DNA of 55,122 nucleotides, the filler included, from Sphacelaria rigidula (Eukaryota): the NCBI GenBank assembly GCA_964200075.2. It is 6 parts of 6 records of this genome, joined end to end, with 100 filler letters (N's around TTAATTAATTAA, not from the genome) between each part and the next. Parts side by side here need not be neighbours in the genome. Positions count along the whole stretch, not along the records: positions 1 to 9,106 come from CAXNAA020009287.1; positions 9,207 to 18,311 come from CAXNAA020009288.1; 4 more parts are not named here. One strand, given 5' to 3'. Below the pieces are notes generated by a model. That model ran no database searches. It was given only the letters and a program-made list of their open reading frames with translations, and was not told where the DNA came from. Below are positions 1 through 10,767 of the stretch, one piece after another. The position numbers and the translations under genes are program-made. Positions within the stretch are counted from its first letter, which is position 1; each line of letters opens with the position of its first letter.

Positions 1-529
1 TTGTGTGTTGGTTGCCTTAGTCGTCTGACCATTGACCCCGCATCCCTCTCGAGACGGAGCAATGGGGTCGAGGGGGGGGGGGGGCATGGAATTCTCACCC
101 TGTAAGCGGGGGCCTTGAAAACAGTATTTGTTTTGGTGGAGATGCGTAAAAAGGCCGTTGCCGCGCATACATATACCGCGCGTCGTAGCGATCGTTAAAA
201 AGCTACGACCAGCAACGTTCTGCCATTTCATGGCAAAGCAAATGGTGTAAATCATCACAACATTTTCGTCGGCAGTGTTACTCCAAAGCTGGATTCTTTT
301 TTGTCATTTCGCTGCAGAAAAGAAACTATACCAACACATGACGGACCACACTCAAGAATGTGAAGAGCCGACTCTTACGGAACAAAATTTGGCGACAAGT
401 TCGAAGAGAAGTGACACTCACGATTGTGAATCTTGGTCAGCGTGCGGATTTCGGATCAGAATGGGCACCCCATTTGGAACGCCTGACGAAAATCGAGGAG
501 GTGTTCAAAATCAAGTACAAGTTTTACTG

Positions 530-1191
530 TAGTGCAGCACAAACACACTCACGCCCTCTCTCACGTAGTGTAGGTGTTACTGTACTGTGGTGTGTTTACC
601 TTGCGAAGACGGTTCGGAATCCACCGTGAGTGCCTGAGCTATGATACTGTTGTTGTATTCCGCTCTGTATGAAATAACTGTAGTCGGCACCAAGTGCTAT
701 CTTGTAAAAGCTGAAAATGGCACAATGTGTTCGTTGGACGTTGCGTCTTTCGCCAAGAACAAGGCGCTTTGTGCCCAGACTCATCATCTCTGTACTGTAG
801 CTGATACTGTAGGGTGGTGCTTTTGGACCCTGCAACCGCAGTTTTATCTGCGCTGGGGATTGCCTGAAGTGTTGTACTGCTGCTGTATCTCGGTCGGTAC
901 GAAAATTGCAACAGGTACGCAGACCTGTCGAACACACTGTTGAAAGCGCCATGGTCTATTTGGCTGTTGCGTCTTCTGTAAAACGAACTAGGCGCTTCGT
1001 GCCCAGACCTCTCATTTCTATGCTGTAGTTGTCGCTGTACTGTGGCGCGCTTGAACCCAGCAAGGATGGTTCGATCTGCGGTGGGCATTACCTGAATCGC
1101 TGTACTGCTGCTGTGTCCCGGTCTGTACGGAATTGGGGTGGAAACAGGGCTGTCTACACAAAGTTAAAAAAAAAAAGTCACGTCATCGTTG
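530..1191 (+). repeat. Dispersed non-coding repeat family H (host for MITE insertions)
   Basis: Diverged copies of its segments at about 16920-17136, 50600-50665 and 52700-52950 (for example gcagcacaaacacactca...gaagacggtt and tgtctacacaa); internal duplication of about 227 bp (766 vs 993). Confidence 0.7.
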
Positions 1192-1193
1192 TA

Positions 1194-2258
1194 CGAGCTG
1201 GGCCAGCAACAGTGGGTAGTTTTCTCGCTGAGGCGATGCACAGGGTAAAATCAGGAGTTGGACGCTGAAATGTTGGCAGCAGCTTATTATGATCGACATG
1301 CAGAATATGACGAGAGCAGCAAAAAAAGAAAAAGCATAAGGACGTTATGGGATTTGAAATTCAGCAAAAACAAGATATTATCATGGGTCCGAGAAAAAAA
1401 CGAGAATCTGCAGCTGCTCCCGTGACGTACCATTCCCTTGGGTGCAGAAGGCCCTCGTGAAATTTCAGCTCAAGAGTCGTCGAATTGGACCGTGCGTGCA
1501 ACGTTTTGCGTAACGCTGCTGCACCCCTACATATCAGGTGATAAGAGACTCCAATCATGGAGGCCATGAGTTCGAATCCCGACAGATCATCTTTTTTTTC
1601 TTCCGTCGTTAGGTCGCTCCTTACAACAGACCAAAATAAAAATCTGGAAAAGTGCCTTTTTGGAGCTTTTCCGTCGTCATATGCCCCAAACAAAAGACAG
1701 GCGGAGTTTGACACCTTGCAATGACTTGTTCTACTAGGGCCGTTCCAGGACTTCCTATTTTCCGTCGATCGCGATCTTCATTTTGGCCAAACAAGAATTT
1801 TTGTCCAAGGACGGGAAAACCGGTCGAGTCCAGAGAAAAGTGGCGATTTTTTCTAGATATGTTTATTTCCGTTCTTGGAAAAAAAATCTTGTTTGGCCAG
1901 AATAAAAACTGCGGCCACCGGAAAATGGAAATATGCCCTGGAACCGCCTCAAGTACGAGGGCAAGTCATTCCAAGGTATCAAACTCCGCCTAGCTCTCTC
2001 TTGGGGCGTAAAACGACGTAAAAGCTTTCAAAAGGCACTTTCCAGATTTTTATTCTTGTCTGTTTTAAGCAGCGACCTTAAGGTCATATATTATGCAGTA
2101 CATTGTTCATTCATTCTTTTTCTTTATTCAGCGGCGGTGCCGTGTGTTACCAGGTTGGTCTGCACTTCACAGTGATGTACTTACATCGGGGTCATTCGGG
2201 AAACTGGGACTGCTGTAGTGTGGACAACGTTTGGCCGCTTTTGAGGTGGCCCAGCTCG
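1194..2258. mobile_element. Non-autonomous Tc1/mariner-type MITE with TA TSD
   Basis: TA|CGAGCTGGGCCA...TGGCCCAGCTCG|TA: a 12-bp perfect TIR with TA at 1192-93 and 2259-60; the same terminus recurs in other contigs. Confidence 0.8.
1612..2077. mobile_element. Palindromic PIF/Harbinger (Tourist-like) MITE nested in the TA MITE
   Basis: TTA|GGTCGCT...AGCGACC|TTA with TSD at 1609-11 and 2078-80; imperfect inverted arms of about 200 bp. Confidence 0.85.
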
Positions 2259-2809
2259 TACAGCCGTCGAATCTTCGTTGGGTGATGTTGAAAAAATGCA
2301 GAACTCCTCATTTCTGATTTTGTACGAAGAAGACATCTTATTCCTCCTTCTCTGAAAATAAAAATGAAGGAAGCAAAACAAAGGGCGCAATTTTGATTCC
2401 GATTAGTGTGAATCACGCTCATGAGAACCCAACATACCTTATAGTTCTGTCCAAGAACCTTTTATTGGTTCTATTCATGGGAACGTTCTAGCACTGAGGA
2501 AGGTTCCTCAGACGTCCGCTAGATCTTTGGAGGATGGTCTGTTTGTCTCGGAATATCGGGACAAAACCAGACCGAATATGCCCAAGCGTCACAGAACGTT
2601 GTACAGACCAAACCCAAGGTGATCTACACGTTGAACTGAACTCTAGGCCAATGTTTGTTGGTACATGGTCCTTTGATCCATGTCCTGTTGTCTGAGATGA
2701 GCTGCATGGATAGATCGTAGATCATCCCCACCTCATCTCACAACTTCTTCTCTTCACCCCCACTCTGTCTATCAAGCTCACTCGAGCCCTGTCCTGTCCA
2801 CTCAACGCT

Positions 2810-2894
2810 ACCGATGTAGCTTAACTGGAAAGAGCACTCTGCGTCTCGCTTGCGTTTCGCAGAGAGAGTAAGGGTTCAAATCCCTTCGTCGGTC
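2810..2894 (+). ncRNA. tRNA-like cloverleaf with aberrant anticodon arm (pseudo-tRNA or SINE head)
   Basis: Acceptor ACCGATG/CGTCGGT, D arm GCTT/GAGC, T arm AAGGG-TTCAAAT-CCCTT, anticodon stem CTCTG/CAGAG; the 18-nt loop has no U33 and no purine at 37. Confidence 0.75.
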
Positions 2895-3593
2895 TTCTTA
2901 TCGTATACGACTCTTATTATGTCTCATAGCAAATGGCCTTGGGCAGTGAGTTTTCAGTACTCGACTCAAAGCCACACATTCGAGCAAGCAAGGTGGTACA
3001 CAACGATCAGATAATTTCGGCTGAGTATTGACAGATGACGCAAATAGCCTGCTACTATTCGGTACAGGGGAAGAACGTAGAAATATATCCCAGCAGCAAC
3101 AAGCACGGAGGAAACAGCAATCAGTGGAATATATGGCGCTCAGAAAAATGAGCGTCTCGCCAACAGTAGTGGGCAAAAGCGTTACGCAGCGCTCTGCCAC
3201 AACACACACCAGCCACGAAAGATAGCGTGTCCCGGTCAACACGTTGAAGGAGTCCCGCCAACTGTAAACAAAATCAATGTGCTGCATTGTGCGACACCAC
3301 ACACCGACCGAGCACACACTGCAACGACAGAAAGGCGTGCCCCGGTAAACAATCTGTCCAAAGGGCTACTTGCGCCCCCTAGGCTCGGGATCAGTCACGC
3401 TTGAGCAACCTGAAGGGCTTCCAGGCAGGTACTGAGTATCTGGCGTTTCTAAACGACCGGAAGCTACAAGGGCAGTAGGTGCGGACCATGCCATCCGTGA
3501 TGGCGTTGTATGTAATTTAGGATCCACGCCACGTGTGCTTGAAGCTTCAACGACGGATAGCAAGGTGTAACAACCCAACCGTAATAGTACATA

Positions 3594-4025
3594 AATTTGC
3601 ATCTACGGCAGGTTCCGTCCGAGAGCGCAACATCGATGTTCGCGTGCAGCAGGAGATGACAGTTGCTGCAAAAACATAGGACGGCTCACGAAATTATCTT
3701 GCCTACACAGAGGTGCAGCGAGCAGCATCAGATTCACTCTATGGACTGAGATCAGCTTCTGGGAGTCAATCGATAAAGGGGTGACCCATCGGTATGACGA
3801 TGGCCGCGACAGGACCGCACTTAATTTAGGATCTACAGCAGGTTCAGCGTTTGTTCTGTCGTCTGAAACCGCGATATCGATTTTCGCATGCCGCAGGAGA
3901 CCATAGCCGCTGAAAAAACATATCGGAGCTCCCGAAAGTAATCTTGCCTGAACAGAGATGCATCGAGTGGTGCGCGATTCGCACTGTGAGCTGATATCAG
4001 CTTCTGAAACTTAAACGATCAAAGG
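3594..4025. repeat. Diverged direct duplication, period about 230-245 bp
   Basis: The block atctac.gcaggttc...atcttgcct...atcagcttctg...aaagg occurs at about 3601-3779 and 3831-4025. Confidence 0.75.
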
Positions 4026-4609
4026 TTGATTTGTTGGAATAAAATGATACACCTTTTTCCATTTAGGGTGAGAAAGAGGCAACCTCCTAGTGGAGTTTGG
4101 GAAATTATCGTGCTAACACAAACGACAGATGCTGCTGCTGTGCAGCTGGACGGCGTGCTTATCTATTTTGTAGGGGATGTACATACTAGAAGGACAGGTG
4201 AGCCTCGTACGGGTGTAGTTGGGTGGCACTTTGACCTTGTACCTGAGGTTTGCGTAAAATTTCACGCCATCCCCCACATATAACTGAGCAGGACTAGCAC
4301 ACGCTCACACACACACGAACAACGCGCTCGGAATCGCAGCGGTGAGCTTGTTGCCCTCACCAACCCTCGTGGTGGGTGATGAAGTTGTTGGTGGGGGCAT
4401 CCGCCACTCCCAACAGTGAACCCGACAGGCCTCCAATCTTCATGATGCGGTGATGACAAACTTGTCGACCACACTCGCTCAACAACGACAAATTAAGTGT
4501 CCCACGCCTATCAACGAGGAGATATAATGCATATGTTATGCTAAATACCCACGCTCTTCTACATAAGCGTTCATTTATGCCTTTGAAAAAAACCTTGCGG
4601 GGCTGTCAG

Positions 4610-5870
4610 CGAGACAAAATCTCGGAACACAATCCCCCGCGTTCAACTTGTTGAGCATGTATACAGAGTAGTCCACGTTACAAGACATCGTATTTGTGTT
4701 TATTTTGACCTCACGCATAGCCAAAGCGATTTGCCAAGATGCATGGTTAGCAGCACGCGAGGAAATAGCGACGACACCGACCTCCCTCCACACGCAGGGA
4801 AGCGTGGGGAAGGGGAGAGGGGCATGCCCGCGTCACCGTTGCACGTTGTAGAAATATCTGAAAGAGGGTCCTACAGTTTCTGTTCATGTTTTATCATGTT
4901 GATTCGCAAGGTGTCCGACGCTCTTACCGCTTGCAGCAGATGAGGCCTGCATCGTCGTCACTCCACCCCTGGTCGTGACTGAATCCGCAGCCGTGCAACG
5001 CCTTCCCACAACAGCGGCCGGTACACTCCACAGGCGGCGCGTGAGCGAGCACGCGAAAGTTGGGGTTGCTGCTGATACTGGCACTACTACCCTCGGGAAA
5101 GAAAAAGCTGCGGGGCGCAAAAGCGGAGACGAAAATGGTGCAAACGCTAGAGATGAGATGGGGTGTAGAGCGCAGAGCGCGACGCGTGGGAAGCGCATTC
5201 CTCGTCTACGCTCTCCTCCGATCTGGGTAATGAACATGATACATCACCAAGTCATGATGGAAAATGACCTCCCCGTTTGTACTATAGACCGTCGGGAAAT
5301 GTTAAAATATCAGGACGAGTCTATTTCCTCTTACTGTATCTATCGTCAGTTGTGTGTTACTGCCGGGGGGGGGTAAAATTGAATCGCAATCTTGGAAGAC
5401 TTGGCAACAGCTCATTTTTCGCGATTCCACACTTTGTTGAGTTCATTGTTGGTTGAATATACCCCGTCCTTGCCGCATGGCGTCGTGTGATTTCGGGCTT
5501 GCCTCGCGATTATGACTACAGGTTATGGGAATCTACTTGCACATACTCTCGTAAGATTGGCTCGACCCCACTCTACTGCGAAGCTCATGCTGCTATTTGC
5601 TATTTGCCTTATGACCGTATCGTAATTTTAACTAAAATCATGATTAACCCCTACAGTATGTTACCGTGGGAATGAACAAGCTCGGCACCTTATACCAGGA
5701 GGTGGGTTTTACCTTGGCGGGACTTGATGAAGCGATAGTCAAGTATGACGACGAAAAACAACGTTTGAGCTGGTTCCGATGTATAGAGGCAGGGTACAAA
5801 TGAGGGACTCTCCGCAGCACAGCACCCTCGTGTACCGTGGAGTGTAGGATCGTGCATGTGACAGAAATCA
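4610..5870 (+). pseudogene. Possible degraded Crypton-like (DUF3504-type) tyrosine recombinase
   Basis: Collinear fragments across frameshifts: NLGTQSPAFNLL (about 4618), MVSSTRGNSDDTDL (about 4743), RLYYRPSGNVKISGRVYF (about 5274), then after a TACAG acceptor YVTVGMNKLGTLYQEVGFTLAGLD (about 5657); recognised by eye only. Confidence 0.4.
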
Positions 5871-8800
5871 CCAGCGTTGGATTGTTTTTTTGCAACTGAT
5901 GTCACCGATGGCCGGCGTATTGGGACTACTACGCCAGCACACTCTCGCAGTGCAGCACTTCAACACGGCAACGGCGGCAGCAGCAAACGCAGCGTTGGCT
6001 GGAGCAGCAGCAACGGGAACACCGGCACCCGGAGAATGCTACCAAGCCCGCCAAAAACAGTTTCAACAGTCAGCAATATCACAGCGGACGCCTGCGAGGC
6101 AGCTGGCGCCACTGGCGTTGCTCTTGCCCAACAGCGGTCGTGTCAAGAGCATTAGGAGTAAGGGGTACAGTTCAGCATCGGGGGGGAGCGACGGCATGGA
6201 TATCGACATGGAGTTGCAGCAGTTGACAGAGTTGATGCAGAATATTGTCAAGCGAGGAGGAGCGGCGAGACGAGGAAGAACGCAGAATACTGTGCCGAAG
6301 GAGGTATGTAGATATGGGGAAAATGGGGCTTAGGGAAGTATCATCGTCGCGAAGGATTTTGAATACGCATGAAGACCGGATCTTAGTCGGCTTGATAAGA
6401 TCCGTGTATATCTCGAGCGAACGGCAGAATCAGGTACACCTTCTTGACATTATTGGTCCGAAAGCAGCTACTACATGTCCGCCAACATTCTGCCCCGCGG
6501 TCAGCTAAAACAATCGACCATGTATCTGATCATGGCGACAACACCTTCAGGTATGCCCTTTTACCTTTTTTTCTTGAAAGCCTTGTATGTACCTGAACAT
6601 CGGCCTGCCGCCAACTAGTGTGGAAATTGTTCCTGTTGTGACGGACAGTGTACCTGATTTTGGCGATTTGCCGAAACGGAGCAGATCGTTTTTCTCAGTT
6701 CATGCGACCCAACCAAAACCCCCATACACCAGACCAACGACATTGATACAGAACCGTGCTCCACTTTCAGGTCCCTAGAGCCTTCCCCTTCCGCGTGTTT
6801 TCGTAGCGAGTGTTCCCGTTTCGTCCGCATGGCGTATGTCTCCACCTTGTGACCGCGGCTGAATCCCTGGAGGATCACTTCATGTGCGACAATATATCAA
6901 TCATTTGATCAAGAACCTGTACCTGTTTGTGACCCAACTGCGTCCGGGTACATCTTATCCTTCCGTTTGCCCTAAAAATAAAGATCAAAAGTATTTGTGG
7001 GGTGGAATATCAGCATTCAGCATTCCCAGATCAAGTTTGAATCGACTCCTTCAACTATACGGCGATGTGCCGGGTAGGAGTTGCGAAAAGCAATTTCGAC
7101 CGCACTATATCGGGGCCCCAGACTGCTGAACATCGCACTCTCCGGCTCGTTGGTCCCCCCTCTCTATAGTGGCTACTTTTTGTTTGCCATTACGTCCTAT
7201 AGTGTTGGCCATCACCGCGGCTATTGCGCCCCACGATATCGGTTTCATGCTGAATGGGCAAAGCTTCAGCAGCAAACGTTGCGAGCCGAGATATTTTTCC
7301 ACACTCCGTGTAATTATTTTACCTCTGTGCAGGGCGACTCGTTTTCTGTGTTTTTCACGGATCCACATACATATCGGCTATTCCCCTTCATGCGTTTTAG
7401 GTGAAAAACGTTGAAGGCACTTTGCCTGCGAACGCGACAACGACTCCCGGTTAAAATGCGAACGCAACAGCCTCATTCACTCTCCGCGCGCGCAACGCAA
7501 CGCAAACTTGCGCTGTTTCTGTCCTACAAGGTGGTGGCCATGTTTTGCTCTCGATACAAGCAGCTGGACGAGCGACGCAAGAGGCATCTGCTGCTCACGT
7601 TAGCGAGGTTTGTCGTCTAGTCAGGCCGTTTAACCTTTTAAGTGGAAAAGACGCGCGGCCGCCAACAATCGTACAGCGTAGTATACATGTACTGTACCTG
7701 AATTGCGCATGTGGAGTATTATCGACCCCTGCGACCACGAAAGTGATTCCGTGGATCATGTACTGCAGAGGAACATCCGTACATACTAATTAAAGGCAAC
7801 ATGAAGCAGCAGAAACGCCAAAATTCGAAGGCGATAGACAGGGTAGGGGCAATAGCTGAAACTGTGAGGAGCGAAACACCTTTGCGTTGGAAACGCTGAC
7901 CGACCATTCCTCATCGCTTGCGGCCGTGCACCCCAATCCAAGGAGCCTTTTTGCACCGTGCGGTACTACCAGTAAGTAGCCCATGGCCAAAAGCAAGCGA
8001 TACCTGCCGCGCTCTAAACAGCACAAGATGATAGTGTGGCTACTCCCTAATAGGAATTAGTAGAGGTAAAAGAACCGATCATACTGGATGCACCCCCCCC
8101 CGGTCCCCGCTCCCACATTCACTCGCTGCTCGTGTCTCGCCGTTTTCCCCCCTCTACGCCCAGGGATTTCACACCCACACGCGACGTCGTTACGGCGGCC
8201 ATGAACCGTTATGCCTTGGCCGTTGCGGCTGACAGCAACGGTAACACTGACCGCGGACGAGACTCTGGAGATTGTGCTGCTAACTCAGGAGGAGAACCAG
8301 TTGTCGGCGTTAGCACAGGCACAGGTGGGGACGAATATATATGTCGCTTTCAAGATAAGGAGTTGCCGTCATGGATTAGCTGATTGATTCGATTTTTGCA
8401 TATTAGCTGATCCCCGAGGGACACGGCCGCGGTGGCAAGATGGACGTACCAAAGGTACGTAAAACAGAAACGCTCGCTGAAATTAAAAAAACAGTGAGAA
8501 ATATGTATATATGTACACTTCCTCTGTCCCACACGTCTGGTCGGATATGGGCGGCTTTTTGTCTGGGTGCAACGGCATTGACGGTGACCTTACAGTTGGG
8601 TTCTATGAAAAGATAAAGCGCATACAAAGCTGATGGAAAAATAAGGAAAAATAAGTCGGTTTCAGTACTGAGACCAGGTCAGAATATACCGCATTTTGGT
8701 CTTTTTTTGAGAAATATTGTGAGAAATATTTTGAGAATTCCTGTTCAACATCCCACAACTAGCCCACAGACATCACAATATGATGGACTCGCCCCCGAGT

Positions 8801-8896
8801 ACCCCCCCCTCCCCTCCCCTCGCCGAACGGGTGGCGAGCTACAATTGAGTCGCCGCTATGCCATTGGGATGGAGATTGCGCTCGCTATTCCGAGCC

Positions 8897-9106
8897 GGTC
8901 GCCCCGGTGGCTCAGTTGGTAACCTCGTAACCTTCTGACGGTTGAGTAGAGGGGTTCGATTCCCGGAGCGATCTGGGATTTTTTCCTACACCATGCCCAG
9001 AACGACTATGTCGTGGGTACACAAAATTCGACTTAACGGTCGACGCGGGAAAGGCACTGCTGAACCCCTCTCGCGATAAAAATAAAAGGCAAGCACTGCA
9101 GAAGGA
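8897..9106 (+). mobile_element. tRNA-derived SINE-like element truncated at the contig end
   Basis: Pol III A box TGGCTCAGTTGG (8908-19) and B box GGTTCGATTCC; closing stem GGTCGCCCCGG/CCGGAGCGATC; the D arm does not pair, so this is not a functional tRNA. Confidence 0.7.
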
Positions 9107-9206
9107 NNNNNNNNNNNNNNNNNNNNNNNNNNNNNNNNNNNNNNNNNNNNTTAATTAATTAANNNNNNNNNNNNNNNNNNNNNNNNNNNNNNNNNNNNNN
9201 NNNNNN
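9107..9206. other. Artificial scaffold linker (44 N + TTAATTAATTAA + 44 N)
   Basis: Exactly 100 nt with stop codons in all six frames; identical to four other linkers. Confidence 0.99.
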
Positions 9207-9263
9207 TGCAAGGTCAATGGTATTATGATAATGGCATGCATGATCATGAGTACACCCCTCCCG
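9207..9263 (+). repeat. High-copy motif A (ggtcaatggt...gcatgatcatgagtacacccc)
   Basis: Also at 36819-36888 (+), about 43836-43910 (-) and 44869-44920 (-); two contigs begin inside it. Confidence 0.85.
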
Positions 9264-9269
9264 GAGGAC

Positions 9270-9925
9270 ATTTTTTCGAAAATTGTCATGGTTTTTTCGG
9301 TTTTCTTCTTGTCAAGTTCGTCGCAAGGAACTGATCAATAAACATTGTTTTGATTCTTTCGGTTAATTTTGTTTAGGAACAACTAAATGAACGCCGACAA
9401 AAACCGGAAAGTCTGGTGGGCTTTGTGGGGTTCGTATATCTGCTTCTGCTCCTCGCCCGTTCTGTCCCGATGACCTCAGATACCGGAGGGCATTTTTTCG
9501 ACAATTAAATTTTTCCTGATTTCTTTGTTTCAAGAAATTAATCAACGAAATTGACAAAATCCGAAAATTTTGGCGGGCTTTGTGGGGTGTATGTTTGCTT
9601 TTGCCCCTTTACATATTTATGTATATTTACATAATATAAAGTATAGTATATACTGCCCCTTGATGAATATTCATATATAGATAATTATATAAACAATGAA
9701 TATATTGCTTATAGTAAACAATATAGTACATGAAATGTAATAGATGAGATATAATGTATGATATATAATATAATACATAATATGTAATATATATAAGGAT
9801 CTCCACTGTCTACGGCAGCTGACCGCATCCATCAACGCTTCGGCAAAAATCCAAGGGACACACGGCTGGGTGTACCCCCCCCCCCCTCAACAAGTCGAGT
9901 TTTCGATCTTGGGGCCTACATGTCC
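9270..9925 (+). repeat. Left member of a long inverted repeat pair
   Basis: Blocks at about 9405-9485, 9815-9850 and 9880-9925 are reverse complements of about 12810-12890, 12535-12570 and 12460-12510; carries a very AT-rich insert at about 9611-9796. Confidence 0.75.
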
Positions 9926-10767
9926 TGATTTTTTTTTCGCTGCCCCCTGGTAGTGGGGATATTTGTCGTGGTTGACACTGTTGCTGTCGTACTTGGATTT
10001 GTCTGTGCTCGCGGATACGCCGTCCTGCGACGTTTCAACCACGCTCTTCGGGGTGTGTCAGAGGGGGCAGTAAGGTGCACACAAGGGGAAAGACGTGGCG
10101 ATGACAGCGCGCCAAAAAGAAAGCGAAAAGCGCTGATAGTTGCTCGTGTCTGTTGCATACGAGCTGGGCCGGCCTAGAGTTCTTATTGACAACTAAACAG
10201 CTACGCGCTGCTGAATTGTAGGACTTACGAGCTGCACTTTCCACACTAGTTATGTGATCAATACATGGAATGTTTCCAAAGCAGCGGAGGAAAATCATGA
10301 AAAAACATGAAAATCGATTTGAAATTTTTGCGAGGGGGGGGAGGTACCCCATTTTGGAGGGGTGGGTCCCCCCCTGATCAGATGGATAATGACGATAGTA
10401 GGTACTTTACTGTGCAGTACTTGCATGAACGTCTTTTCCCGGCTTGTGCCAGGCTTGTGTACAAGTTGTGTATGCTGCGGTTGCACGGCAGGTGGTAGGA
10501 TTGTGTTTGCTACGTTCAAGTCTCTATTATCGTTCGTGAGAACAGCATCATCTCGTAAAAAATGACTCGACGGCATGCGACACGACACACAAATCTGTCA
10601 AGAGTTCGGGACAGGTAGCAGTGGTTTTTGCAAGACCCGCATTTTTTAGAAGAGATCATGTCAGCATAGATGAAAAATACAGAATTGTGTCTTGTTGACT
10701 TCTTTATTTTGCGACGACACCTTCGTGAGATTCTCATTTGTCGCTTCTACCTATATCGCTGTGCAGT

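Noticed and set aside
275..629. ORFs 275-532 and 360-629 as a gene
   Set aside because: No recognisable domain or splice support; the second ORF runs into repeat family H
1568..1580. Isolated B-box motifs (also 14465-14475 and 51631-51642 on the minus strand, plus an A-box-like motif near 38835)
   Set aside because: No cloverleaf or convincing paired box; at most decayed SINE fragments
2810..2894. Functional intron-containing tRNA-Arg(TCT)
   Set aside because: G at position 33 and C at 37; the apparent intron is a tandem duplication; no terminator
6600..7030. Tc1/IS630 transposase motifs (KVEHGSVSMSLVWCMG on minus, LWGGIS on plus)
   Set aside because: The motifs are on opposite strands and no DDE triad can be assembled
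8897..8973. Functional tRNA gene
   Set aside because: The D stem does not pair, and the T and acceptor stems compete for the same bases
9151..9162. TTAATTAATTAA as a piggyBac target or a biological repeat with 9.2-kb periodicity
   Set aside because: It is always centred in 88 Ns; it is an assembly linker
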